Source: Camelus ferus
Taxonomy: Eukaryota
NCBI RefSeq assembly: GCF_009834535.1
Contig: NC_045697.1
Coordinates: 23,934,001-23,998,000 of the forward strand
Length of the DNA: 64,000 bases
Direction: 5' to 3'
The translations under genes and the position numbers were made by a program. Position 1 is the stretch's first letter. Each line of letters begins with the position of its first letter. Below are positions 26,840-38,879 of this stretch, in pieces. The notes beneath the pieces were generated by a model. It saw only the letters and a list, made by a program, of their open reading frames with translations. It did no database searches and was not told where the DNA came from.

Positions 26840-28110
26840 ATTTTAAAAAGAAAGTACATCCAATGAGAATTTAGGGAAACAGGTTTTCTACATTGTAGCT
26901 GGGTGTGTGAATTGCTAAAGTATTTTGGAAAATAAGCTAGGAATTTCTACAGGAATTGAAAATACACAAAACCTTGCGAATAATCTCTTCTTTGGCATTA
27001 ATTTATATAGAAATAAAAGCATCAGGAAACAAGAATATATGGGCAATTATTCATACTTCAGGTTATTAATTCATTAATTAAAAGAGTGAGTCAGATCCGT
27101 ATCTTTTGGCCTTAAGGGAAGACCCTTATGTGAAATTGTAAGTGATGATAATGTGGAGTATATGTATAAATGATTGTATTGCTGTGGTAATAAACAATAA
27201 TAATGTAGTATTTCAGTGATTCAGAGCCATATTTATTTTTAATTTTAGCACCATAGATATGCGTCTTATAACTGATGAGAAAACACTGTATTAAAATTTA
27301 GTTTTAAAATTTTATTTTTTTAGCGTTAAACTGAAAAAAAAAACAGTTTTATAGTCATTAAAACATCATCTTAAATCCAGTGACATGGCAATAGTAACAA
27401 ACATGTATTAAACACGCACGTGCATAATTCGACATGGATAAGTTAATGTGTATGACGTTCTTGCAAAAACAAATACAGTGTTGACTTAAAGAAAAACACG
27501 AAGCATAAAGGTTGTGAGTTTAAATTTTATTCGGTGTCTTACTGGGGACCAGTAAGACAGTCCAGGAGATAGCTCTGAGGAACTGCTACAAAGAGGTAGA
27601 GGAGGGGCCAGTTTATGTATAATTTTTTTTTTTGCTAGGAAATACACGTATTCAAGCATACATCTTGGTAAAAGCTTACTGCTAATTACAAAGAACAAGT
27701 ATCTCTAGTTGATGATTTTATTGCTTTTATGTGTGTAGGAAGATCTGAGGCATAGAGTGCCTCATCTTGTTTCTGTTTTGTTTTGTTTTGTTTTGTTTTA
27801 TCCTAAATTCCTCTCATAGTGCACTGCTGGTGGGCCACTGTAATGGGTTGTGGCTTAAACCTTAGTAGAACTGGGTGATGAGTGACGTTCTTTGTTCATC
27901 TTTGTTCATGATCGAGATAAAGACAGATCAATGATTGCCAGAGGTTTTGCGTGGGGGAAGAGTTGGCTCTTAACAGAATAAAAGGATGTTTTGGGGGTGA
28001 CAAAGCCATTTTGCCTTGATTACCACCCATGTGCATTTTTCAAGACTTGTAAAATGCTACCTTAAAAGGAGTGACATTTATTGTAAGTCAATACACCTTA
28101 ATTTTAAAAC
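26840..28110 (+). mobile_element. Old L1 (L1MB/MC/ME-type) 3' region, split by an LTR insertion
   Basis: 'acagatcaatgattgccagagg', 'ttttgggggtgac', 'catgtgcatttttcaagacttgtaaaatg...tttattgtaagtcaatacacct' are typical old L1 3' UTR text. Confidence 0.6.
27479..27908 (-). mobile_element. ERV1 solo LTR (MER41-like family of artiodactyls)
   Basis: TG...CA ends; 'gatagctctgaggaactgct', 'tctctagttgatgattttattgctttt', 'ggttgtggcttaaaccttagtagaactgg'; internal (GTTTT)n. Confidence 0.65.
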
Positions 28111-28198
28111 GCAAGCCTTAAGTATTAGGTGGAAGGTCAAGTGACATAACTACATTCTCAATAAGGATTATAATATTCATTTAAAAACAAGTTTATAA

Positions 28199-28728
28199 TG
28201 TAGGGGAGGAAAATAACTTTTCTACCGTTTTAGATTCTTGGCTGAGATAACCCCTATAGTAAAAAGTCGAATTAACAGGAGAAAAACAAAAGTTTAATAA
28301 CAGGTATACCTCCTGTATACATGGGAGATACCCATGAAAGCTGAGTAACTTCCTAAAAGGGCCCAAGCCACCCCTTTAAATAATATCTCCAGCTAGAGAC
28401 AAAGGATGTTGGGGCAGGAGGGGCCATTTATGGGAGATGATCAAGCAGAGTGCAGTAAGCAAGGATAGTTATTATGCAGACTCAAGTCATTGCCTTCTCC
28501 GGTAAGAGTTTCTGGAGACTTAAAATCATCATTCTCTTTCTGGTACAGAGAGGGAGGCAACCTATAAATGGAGATTTCTTTTATCATTATAAATGTCTCT
28601 GAAAAAAAGATAGCTTCAAAAGGTTTTTAGAACTTCTCCCACATCTACTATTTCTTAAAAATGATCAGCCTAAAATAATCAATGTGCCAAAGAGGCATGT
28701 TTGGGGTAGTATATTTTGCTCCTCTTCG
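28199..28728 (-). mobile_element. ERV1 solo LTR (MER34-like) with 4-bp TSD
   Basis: 'aattaacaggagaaaaacaaaagtttaataac', 'aaaataatcaatgtgccaaagaggcatgtttggggtagtatatt'; ATAA flanks at 28195-28198 and 28729-28732. Confidence 0.8.
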
Positions 28729-28899
28729 ATAACATGTTTGCATATGATTTGCAGTTTCTTTAAGTATAAAAAAGAATGTATGTATCTACATATAGCTCTT
28801 AATATTGATTACCTTTGAGCAGCAGGAGGTGTAGGTGTTTGTTCACTTTTTTCATTGAATGCTTATTAAGCATTTGTAGTATTTGATGATATGTTTAAT

Positions 28900-29010
28900 T
28901 CCCCAGCAGAATTGTCATCTCAAGGGTGACTGGGATTTTTGTTTGCTCTGTTCACTGTGATTTCTAGAATGGTACCTGGTACGTAGTATGTGCTTAATTA
29001 ATCTTTCTTA
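28900..29010 (+). mobile_element. L2 3' end fragment
   Basis: 'ctctgttcactgtgatttctagaatggtacctggtacgtagtatgtgcttaat'. Confidence 0.6.
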
Positions 29011-29489
29011 AATAGAATTGCTGACTACTTACTAGATCAGTGCCTCTAGGAATATCGTCTACTTTCAGTCTCATTTTTCTTACACATAGGTTTATCTGTT
29101 AAAGTAAATATTTGGCAACTACAAACATAATTTTATAGTTTACCTCACTTTTATTTTATCAAGTAGAGAGAAATTTTAGTACTTTATATTCTATTTATTA
29201 GCAAAATATGGATAATATGTATATTTTAGAGATGATTTGTATATAATCCCCTGTGAAAGCTGAGGAAAATATACAAATTTTAAGATTATAGTCAGTTTTA
29301 TTCATGTTTTTTTTCTTCCTCTTTGCTTTTCTTTCTTCTCATCCCTTTCTTCCTTTGTTCTTTTCTCTCTTTCTCTTTTATCATTCAGCTTTGTTCCAAG
29401 TACAGTGCAGTTACTGGACATACCTTATTGAACACATTAAACAAGGTCCTCACCCTTAAGGACTTTAAGATCAAATAGATTTATTCAGT

Positions 29490-29750
29490 TACCCATTCAA
29501 CAAATATTGATTGAATGCCTACCTTGTGCTAGCCATAATGCCAGATGTTAGACATCTGCTAGCTGTAAACAAGAATGAATGGCAGTGCTTTTGCCCTTTC
29601 CAGGTTTACACCTCTGTGTGGCAGGGAATAGAGCACATTGAGAGAACAAACAAGGAAACATATTCATGTGTATTTCCAAACTGTGATGAACATTAAGAAG
29701 AGGAAATGCAGGGAGCTATGAGAAATTAAATACCAAGCCATAATTTAGTT
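29490..29750 (-). mobile_element. L2 3' end fragment
   Basis: 'cattcaacaaatattgattgaatgcctaccttgtgctagcc'. Confidence 0.65.
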
Positions 29751-30309
29751 TTAAGGGAGTTTATATTGTTAGTATGTATGTATGACTACTTTCACTTTTC
29801 AGCAATGAGATAAAAATTGTATGTGTATATATATGTGTGTGTGTGTATGTGTATATATTCTATTTCAATGCAAAGAAAACATCCATTTAATTTTCATCCT
29901 AAAACTGTCTGGTATAGCATAATTGTGAGCACCTTAGAGCAGTTAACAAATGACTTAGAGATGATAAGAATATTACATATCAGCAAGATCTGTCATGCTT
30001 TTCATTATTATGATTGTAATATCATTTAAGTTTCCCAACAGGGTGAGATTTATTATGAGACAGATGTAGAATTCCATATTTTATCATCATAGTGTTTTGT
30101 GAGGCTAAGAAAATATATACATGCCTTTTCAGAAAATAATATAAGCAAACTCAATCAAAAATCATTTTGAGAATTAAAATCATACCATGTTCTAGATCAC
30201 TAGATTATCATCTAGTGACTATCATCAATTCTCTTACCTAGGTCACTAAAGATAACTGAAGCTAAGTATTTTTTTTTCTATTTCAATTAATCAAGTCTTG
30301 TTTTTTATC

Positions 30310-30692
30310 TGTTTATGGTTAAAAAAACCAGAACCAGGCAGTAGTTCAGCAGTAAAGACAGATTTTATTTAGGAACTATTGCAGTAAGGGAAAAGAGACC
30401 TCAGTAAAGAACTGAGCTCAGTTCTGAATACAGTAAGAACAGTAGGGAGTTATAGCCAAGGGAAAGTTTTGAGGAGAGGGGTCAGTGGATGGAAAATTAT
30501 GGAGGAGACATTAAAGGAAATTCTTGCTAAACTGACCTAACAGGATTTCTAGCTGAAGGCACGCTAGGGTGGTCAGATATCACCTGGAGGATGAGGGATT
30601 TGTTAGCTTTTGAGAGTGATCAGATATCAAGGGTGGGGAATTCTCTCTAAACCAGTATAGCAGGATTCTTTCTAAAACTGAGCCATGCAGGC
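30310..30692 (-). mobile_element. ERV1 LTR fragment (MER31-like)
   Basis: 'gggaaaagagacctcagtaaagaactgagctc', 'tgatcagatatcaagggtggggaattctctctaaac', 'gcaggattctttctaaaactg'. Confidence 0.7.
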
Positions 30693-31103
30693 TGTTAGGA
30701 AAACTCAATTTTCCTAAGTGGGAAAAAAGCCAGTTCTTCTCTCCTACGTCTTTCTTTTTTGTGTATTTCTAGTACTCTCATGCTACTACCACACTCACTC
30801 AGAATACTTCATTTCTGACACTTCAGGCCACCAAATGAGTGGAGGGTTTTTTCCCCACAGTAAGTTAAGTCTCTGCAATGCCAGTTGTGTGTCACACTTA
30901 ACTCAATTCTGACACTATCTGGAGACAATGTCAGATTGCACAGATTAAGGGCATATTCCCACAAAACTGCTCTCACCTCACTTCAGATGCCAATCACAAG
31001 TAGTAGGCTCCCAGGTTACCTACAACTTCTATAAATTGGGGTTTCCTACAATCTCCTCCTTGGGTTTGATTAATTTGCTAGAGCAGCTCACAGAGCCCAG
31101 GGA
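30693..31103 (-). mobile_element. ERV LTR fragment (MER21/MER4-group-like)
   Basis: 'caattctgacactatctggagac', 'cacttcagatgccaatcacaag', 'ttgggtttgattaatttgctagagcagctcacagagcccaggg'. Confidence 0.7.
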
Positions 31104-32183
31104 TGAGAAACATCACATACTACATATTTACATAAAGAAAAGTTAAACAAGGCCACAATTTCCTTTTATTTTAACCCAGTATTAATTTTTCAGAGTAGGG
31201 TGTACTCTGTAATGGGCTAAAGAGCTGCAATATTGCTTCTAGATCTTACTGTTTCTTAAGAAAGGCACTGTCAGTGAGTGAGGTTTTATAGAAAGAATAC
31301 AGATTGGCAAAGATTTCAGAAATTAGGGCTACATGGGAATGTTTGAAAGGACTAAAATATTAACTCTACAAAACAAGATATTTTCACTAGTTTATAGTAG
31401 AATCCTATTAACTATTTTCTGATTTAGTGTGAGAGGAAAAATGAATTACTAATATTCTGTGTGAACCCAAAATGCCTTCCTTATTCCTATAATGAATTCC
31501 TATAATGAAGAAACAAAGTCAGGAATATAAAGTGCTTTTATTTAATCGCCACAACCATCCTGTAAACTGGTGATGGTGTCCCCACTGTGACACTGTCAAA
31601 GCAGTCAGAGTTTTATGACAGTTTTCTTTTTTATATACCCCAAATGTTGTTACTAATCTGGTTACTATGGCCTACATATGTAAATATTAGTTACTTTGGT
31701 TTCTTTAAGAAAAAAATGAGTCAAACTCTTGCAGATTTGTTTTGTTCTTTGTGATATATGTTGTCTTGACTAAGCCTTTAAAATATTTAAATGTGATTTC
31801 TACTCCTTGTAAGTACTATCTTAAATAAGGACTTTGATGTTAAATAATAGTGATATCTCATTGTACATGCAGCAGATTTTTCTAAGTATTCTCTCCCAAT
31901 GATTACTTGATTTTAAATTACTAAATTTTTAGCAGATCTCAAAGAGTCCAGACAATAAGATAAAATAAAAACATTATCAGTGACATCGCTGATAGAGGAT
32001 ATAGTTACAAATAATCCATGCTTCTCTTAAAACTAAATTCTAATTCATGAAAAGGAGATTTATTTCTTTTATTCTAATAATGTAGGTTATATTTTCAGAA
32101 GAATCTATAGTGCCACAATATAAATTTAATATCATATGGTACCAATTTCAAACGGTATCAGTTTATGATAGAAAATAAAATTG

Positions 32184-32255
32184 GTGCTGAACACTGGAAT
32201 TTGACACAACATTGTAAAATGATTATAAATCAATAAAAAATGTTAAAAAAAAAAA
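32184..32255 (+). mobile_element. Ultra-short L1 3'-end insertion with poly(A) and 14-bp TSD
   Basis: 'acactggaatttgacacaacattgtaaaatgattataaatcaataaaaaatgttaaaaaaaaaaaa'; TSD agaaaa[t/g]aaaattg at 32170-32183 and 32256-32269. Confidence 0.9.
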
Positions 32256-33679
32256 AGAAAAGAAAATTGTGTGTGTGTTTTATTTGTTTAGCTGAGAGGC
32301 ATTATTTCCAAACTGTTAATTTGAATATCTTATTTATAATTCAAAGCAAAAAAGTTATAATCTCACAGATGTGAATAATTTATCAAACACTGTGTTTGGT
32401 AGCCTGGTTGCAACAGAGATGTATTTTATACAAATTGTCCTGATACCTCAGAAGTACAATTTATACAGTGAAATGGAGAGTAAGACACTATTGTCTTGGA
32501 AAAGAGCTTCATAGTACAGCCATCTTGAAGTCTTGTTATGGGATTAATTAGAAATAATGAGATTTGTGTGGAAACTTTTTTATTGTGTCTCAAAGGGTTT
32601 GTAAACAATAGAAATCTGAAGAGCTAATAAGAAATGACAAATGCGTTATATTATATAGCGAAACACTAAAGAACAGTTTTTTTTCCCTCCAATTAGGTAC
32701 CAGCACTGAAAGGAAAAAAGGAGCTATTGTCACAAATTCTCTTTCAATTACAATAATATAAAACACAACATTTTAGCTAGTTAATTGCTGTCACGTCCTA
32801 GTGTAAAGAGAAATTGTTTAACATAAACCAATGTGGTCTTTCCACAAAATAACAGCTGCAATACTTGCTGAAATACCGAGCCACTTCTTATTAACTCACT
32901 CTTATCAGTGTGATTCTTAAAGACAAAGAAGTAGTTTCATAAGTATATCAATGCCAAGATGTCATGTTTTGAAGTTTCAAATTATAGGAGATGATTGTTA
33001 AAATAATCAAAACTGAAGGAAAATAATGCAGTCTTATTTTTATAAAAGTAAATTTCCAAATATGGATACATGCTCTTTTTTGCTTATAGGACATAAAAGC
33101 AATCCCTTTCACCCACATTCTATAGTAGTCAAGCAGTTAAACCCAGAGATACAGGAAAATCTCCTCCGCAGACCAGTCTCTGTTCTCCATGTACCAATTT
33201 TCTGTCACAAAGATGATTCAGGAAAGCTAAGTGTAAAACACAATTTGAAATGATAAATCTTTTTTTACTTATCCATCACCATCATAATAACAGACATAAC
33301 ACAGAATAGAGGGAAAAGATGCTTGAGATAGCAACTCCTTAAATATATGCTTGGCCACTGACATCTTTAGGATATTAAGAGGAAAACAAAAAATTAAACC
33401 ATCAGAAATAATTTGGAGAGCTGGTTTAATTAAGCTAAGAAAAGATTTTTTAGGACCTCTCAGATTAATTGATATGTGAGATTATTATAAAATTCCAGAA
33501 GTATTGTGGACAGTATTTTCTCATCTTTCATCATTTTGACTTAAGCAAATGATAAAAATAAGCATCAAAAAATACGTCTTATATTTACCCAAATAATATT
33601 CTGCTTTCAGCATTATTTGATCCATCCTTAAAGTTCCTGAAAACATATTTAAGTGGGATATCTAGCCACATCATCCTGG

Positions 33680-34010
33680 AATGTTCATTTATTCCCTCAT
33701 TAATACCACATACAATGCATACCTATAGACCATGTGTAATATTGAAACCGAGTGCAGATCAGGATTATAGCAGTACATAAGAAACATGTGCTCTTCGACT
33801 TTAGGAAGCAAACATTCTAGTGGGAAGAATCAGACATTAAACAAGGAAACTATATAAATGAGATAATCTCAGATTATGGAAGAAGTGTAAACATGATTGC
33901 TAGGTGGAAAGTGAAGGTGTGTGGGGAGAGGGGTTCTGTTGAATGCATTGCTTGGGAAACAGCTCTCTGAGGAGGCAAGAAGGAGAAATATTTTGTTCTG
34001 ACAGCTCAGG
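33680..34010 (-). mobile_element. L2 fragment
   Basis: 'acattctagtgggaagaatcagacattaaacaag', 'gggaaacagctctctgaggaggc'. Confidence 0.55.
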
Positions 34011-34155
34011 GTGCATGTTTGTGAGATTGGAAGTTTGCATACACTGACATATGCAAGTATTATGTTCATTATGTTTTTGCAATACTAACATCTAGTCAGT
34101 TATTCAAACATTTGGCAGAATTTAGCTGCTAGTAGAAACAAGGTAAAGAACTGTA

Positions 34156-34182
34156 AGTGTGTGTGTGTGTGTATGTGTATGT
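34156..34182. repeat. (TG)n microsatellite
   Basis: gtgtgtgtgtgtgtgtatgtgtatgt. Confidence 0.9.
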
Positions 34183-34384
34183 AACTAGTCCTGGGGAATA
34201 CAAAATGCTGGTTGTTCATACTCTATGATTCCAATCAAACTAACTCTGTAAAGATGTCCAAGTTTACCAAGTGCCTGTTCATTTAAAATTCACACATATG
34301 TAAAATTCTGATGAAAATGTAAGTTATGGCCTTAAAGAAACTCAGTAGAGTTGATTTGATTCACCTCATTTAATTCATGCAAGA

Positions 34385-34582
34385 CCAGGTTTTTTCTAAA
34401 ACGTGGACTTCCACCTACCTGCATGGAAATACATTGGCGACTTCTTTGAAAAATGCAGGTTATGTTCTTGTGTTCTTCCAGAACTAATTTATCAGCCTTT
34501 CTGAGGATGGAACATGAAGAACTGGCTTGTTAAGAGGCTCCCCCAGTGTTTTTTATGTACGCTAAATTTGAAAACCTTTGTC
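34385..34582. mobile_element. hAT-Charlie MITE (MER5-like)
   Basis: 'ttgaaaaatgcaggtt', 'ggctcccccagtgttttttatgtacgctaaatttgaaaacctttg'; ~190 bp. Confidence 0.65.
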
Positions 34583-34792
34583 TGAAGTACCACGTGTCTG
34601 CCATTCTATTATTACCACAGGTAATTAGTGGTTTTATGTAATGATAAACAGGTCATGTGATTACCCTTTCCGCTAAACATGATTAACTGAAAGTAAAATC
34701 TACAGCTCTTATGTCCTCATTGTGATTTTACTTTTAGTTTGTATTTATTTATAAACTTTATTAAAATGATAATGCTGGTTGAGTAATGATAC

Positions 34793-35109
34793 TGCTATGA
34801 TCTGATTGTTTGTGTCCCCGTAAAAGTCATGTGTTGAAATCTTAACTCCCAAAGTTGATGGTATTATGAGGTGCTTAAATGATGAGGGTAGAGTGCTAAT
34901 GAATGGAATTAGCACCTTATGAAAAAGACCCCACAGAAAGCCCTTGCCCTTTCCATCCTGTGAGAATATAGTAAAGAAGTCCTGGCTATGAACCATGCTG
35001 ATGCCTTGATCTTGGACCTCACAGCCTCCAGGACTGTGAGAAATAAATTTGTTGTTTATAAGCAACCCAATCTGTGGTATTTTGTTATAGCAGTCTATAG
35101 ACTAAGACA
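34793..35109 (+). mobile_element. ERVL-MaLR solo LTR (MLT1A0-like) with 5-bp TSD
   Basis: tgctatg...gactaagaca ends; 'cagcctccaggactgtgagaaataaatttgttgtttataagc'; TSD gata[c/t] at 34788-34792 and 35110-35114. Confidence 0.9.
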
Positions 35110-35362
35110 GATATACCTCAGACATTCAATGTTAGAAAATAGAACAATATATACAGAAATTAACATTTAAAGTTTGTCAGTCTTCTAGTAAAAGTCTGCT
35201 CTTCTTTCACACTGAAGACAGCTTCAGGACTTTGCACCGTACACCAGTTCCCTCTTTCCTACATTTGAGAGTTGGAGAGAGAAAACATATCCCAAATGTG
35301 ATATGGGCATGCAGTACATGATTCTTGGTGAGAATTTTATGCCAGTATTTAATAATTTAAGC

Positions 35363-35657
35363 CAGTGCTACTCAATGTGTGGCACACACACTGGTGCTTG
35401 TCTATGAACAGTTTGTTACTGGTTTACCAGGAGATAAGAAACTTGTGCTACAAATAGAAATCATTCAATACTCTTCATCAAGAAAGTTGTGTTATGCCAC
35501 CCCCATCCCTCCCCTCCCCACCAAAAAAAAGTCAGTGAAACTCACCAGTGTAGTGTATTTACTGCCAGATTTGATTTAAAGTCTGGCTCAAGCTTCCCAT
35601 CTCCTTAGGGACAAATAATAACTAGACAGGCACAGACCAGCCTCTTTAAGTAGCATG
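35363..35657. mobile_element. hAT-Charlie-type non-autonomous DNA transposon
   Basis: Terminal inverted repeats cagtgctactcaa ... ttaagtagcatg. Confidence 0.6.
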
Positions 35658-36279
35658 ATGGGGACAAGCACATGTGGACAGTGTTTACTGCACTTCTTTG
35701 TCTTTGGCACATCTGTATTCATTTATACTGAATTGAAATATTCAACCGTGGAAAATTTTTACTTTACTTTCAATGTAAAATTTCTGGAAGTTTCCAGGAA
35801 ATAACTATGTTCTGTTAAATTGGTTAAGCTTAAAATAAAATTATTTCTTTGCAAGTAGCTAATTTGGGTCTATAATGCTTCACTGTTAAATAATCTATAT
35901 AAATGCATAAAACGAATTTAAAAGGAAATAATGACTTTATATTAAATATAACATCACTTAATTGTTGACTTATAATTGAGAAAACAAGAGGAAACATGAA
36001 GTTTAGATTTTTTTATTTCCATTGATGCTTAAGTTCTGTTCATACATTCATAACTGTTTTGTGTTCTTTTAAATAATAGAACAGGGAGAATAGTATTTAC
36101 CTGGTTGCTATGGTGAAAAACAGCATAGCATTAACCTCATGATTTAAAGAGACATTAGTCAGCATTGATAGAAAAAGTAAATTTGATGACATCTTCAGAA
36201 TAGTTTGCAGGTTGACTTTTATTAACTTATTGATTTCTTGAAATTGTTAGCATATAGTGTGTTATTTAAGAACTTGTTA

Positions 36280-36475
36280 ATCACTGTAAAATTTGGGTTT
36301 AAATCCTAACTCTGCTATCCACTTGCTATTTGTTCTTAAGCAAATAATATCTCAGATTGCCTATTATTTAAAATTCTTTAAAAATAGAAGTAAAAACACT
36401 AGCTGATAGTGTCCTTGGGTGGATCAGAACTTAAAACAAAATTATGAACTCAATATTTGACACATAGTAGGTTCT
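36280..36475 (+). mobile_element. MIR fragment
   Basis: 'ttgggtttaaatcctaactctgctatccacttgct...cttaagcaaataa', 'ttgacacatagtagg'. Confidence 0.55.
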
Positions 36476-37339
36476 TTGTAAGGTATCAGTACATTTACAC
36501 AGACAATAACACATTCCTCCAGAAACGATGCTAGTTACTGAAGTTATAGTGAAGAGGACATCATATTGGTCCTCAAGAAGTCTGAGAAGCATATAGTTTA
36601 TAAGTGAAATCCTGTAAATGAATGGAACTGCTAATCTTAGTGCTGTTAAAAGGAGTAGAACAATTTCATTTACTAAAGTAAAAATTCACATAGTTGGCAA
36701 GATCAGTTTATTATTGTCCTTGAAACATGTGAGTGCCATCAAGAGAAGTCACTATTGTAGAAAACAATAAACATGACTATAAAAAGGCAAATAAATAAAG
36801 AAAAAAACTTTAGGTTTGAAGAACCAAACAGAAAATCAACCTTGAGGCACCCATTGCCAAATGGCAGTATGTGACCCAGGTCCTCGGGAATTTACCCTGT
36901 CATGAGTCTAATTAATAGTTTTTATGCCAGGAGTTCTGAATGTCTTTGGGAGTCAGTTGTATGGATTATTTATATCCATATCCATGTATGGAAGTTATAA
37001 TTGTGCTGTCTTTTTTTTTTTTAATTCTTTTTTTTTTTTTTTACTGAGTAATAGTCATTTTACAATGTTGTGTCAAATTCTAGTGTAGAGCACAATTTTT
37101 CAGTTATATATGAGCATATATATATTCATTGTCACTTTTTTTTTTTTTTTTGCTATGAGCTACCACAAGATCTTGTTTATATTTCCCTGTGCTATACAGT
37201 ATAATCTTGTTTATCTGTTCTGCATTTTAAAATCCCAGTCTGTTCCTTCCCACCCCCCACCCCCTTGGCAATCACAAGTTTGTATTCTATGTCTACGAGT
37301 CTGTTTCTGTTTTGTACTTATGTTTTGTTTTGTTTTTAG

Positions 37340-37704
37340 ATTCTTCTTATGAGCAATCTCATATGGTATTTTTCTTTCTCTTTCTGGCTTACTTCACTTA
37401 GAATGACATTCTCCAGGAACATCCATGTTCCTGCAAATGGCGTTATGTTGTCGGTTTTTATGGCTGAATAGTACTCTATCATATAAATATACCACAGCTT
37501 CTTTACTCAGTCATCTGTTGATGGACATCCAGGCCACTTCCATGTCCTGGCTATTGTAAATAGTGCTGCTATGAACATTGGGGTGCAGGTGTCATTTTGA
37601 AGTAGGGTTCCTTCTGGATTTATGCCCAGGAGTGGGATTCCTGGGTCGTATGGTAAGTCTATTCCTAGTCTTTTGAGGAATCTCCTTACTGTTTTCCACA
37701 ATGG
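37340..37704 (-). pseudogene. L1 ORF2p extreme C-terminal fragment
   Basis: [25 protein letters not shown]...[24 protein letters not shown] (W to stop), collinear with the 58911-59474 copy. Confidence 0.9.
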
Positions 37705-37847
37705 CTTTCCTTACTTCCCTCTCCCACGCTTAATGATTTAGATGTCTTCTTTTACAATTTTATGTTTATTCTTTTTGTAATTCATGGCAGTTATCTCCTT
37801 TCCAGTTATGAGTTTCTCCTTTTTATAGCATCCTGCTTCTTTTCTAT

Positions 37848-38742
37848 TTAGAGTAGACCTTTCAATATTTCTTTTAGCATGGGTTTAGTGTTGCTAAACT
37901 CTTTTAGTTTTTGCTTGTCTGTGAAGTTCTTTATCTCTCCTTCTATTCTAAAGGATAGCCTTGTTGGATAGAGTATCCTAGGCTGCATCTTTTTTTCATT
38001 CAGGACTTTGAATATATCTTGCCACTCCCTTCTAGTCTGTAGTGTTCGTGTAGAGAAATCAGCTGAGAACCTTATGGAGGTTCCCTTGTAGCTCACTCTT
38101 TGTTTTTCTCTTGCTGCGTTTAGGATCATTTCTTTAGCCTTGACTGTGGCCATCTTGATTATGTCTTGGTGTGGGTCTGTTTAGGTTCTTCTTGTTTGGG
38201 ACCCTCTGAGCCTCCTGTACTTGGATATCTGATTCCTTTAGGTTTGGGAAGTTTTCAGTCATGATTTCTTCAAATACCTTTTCAATTCCCTGTATTCTTT
38301 CTTCCCCTTCTGGAAGCCCTATTATGCATAGATTGGCACGCTTTATATTATTCCATAGGTCCCTTATATTGTTTTCATTGTTTTTTATTTGTTTTTCTCT
38401 CAACTGTTCTGATTGGGTGCTTTCTGTTGTCCTGTCTTCTAGGTCACTAATTTGCTCCTCTGTATTATCTAGCCTGCTTTGTACAGCCATTAGATCAGCT
38501 GTCATCTCAGCAAATGAGTTTACTAATTCTACTTGGTTCTTCTTTATAGCTTCTATTTCATTTTTGACATTTTTTTTATGTCTAAACACTATTTCTTTTA
38601 GTTCCTTCAATACTTTGATCACTCCTTTTTTGAAATCTTGATCTAGTAGGCCATCAATGTCTATTTCCTTGATCGTGCTTTCAGGGGATTTCTTTTGATC
38701 TTTTAATTGGGAGTGGTTCTTCTGCTTCTTCATCTTGCTCAT
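37848..38742 (-). pseudogene. L1 ORF1p (coiled coil-RRM-CTD), one frameshift near 38155
   Basis: MSKMKKQKNHSQLK...SRLDNTEEQISDLEDR...LWNNIKRANLCIIGLPEGEE...FEEIMTENFPNL...EAQRVP...PTPRH / KEMILNAAREKQ...IRFSADFS...RREWQDIFKVL...PRILYPTRLSF...KEILKGLL*. Confidence 0.95.
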
Positions 38743-38879
38743 ATCTCTCTGGCACTGTGGCTTAAGGAGTATCAGTTATCTAGTTCCCCTGGAGATGCTG
38801 TGCTCTTAATGATTTTATCGAGAGGTCTTTGTGTCTTCGCCCTGTTTCACGAACTCAGCTTGCTGTTTCCAGAGGCCCT

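Noticed and set aside
30197..30218. 9-bp perfect hairpin tcactagat-tatc-atctagtga
   Set aside because: Isolated and short; expected by chance in 64 kb of AT-rich DNA.
31483..31508. 13-bp tandem duplication attcctataatga x2
   Set aside because: Ordinary slippage-type micro-duplication with no insert between the copies.
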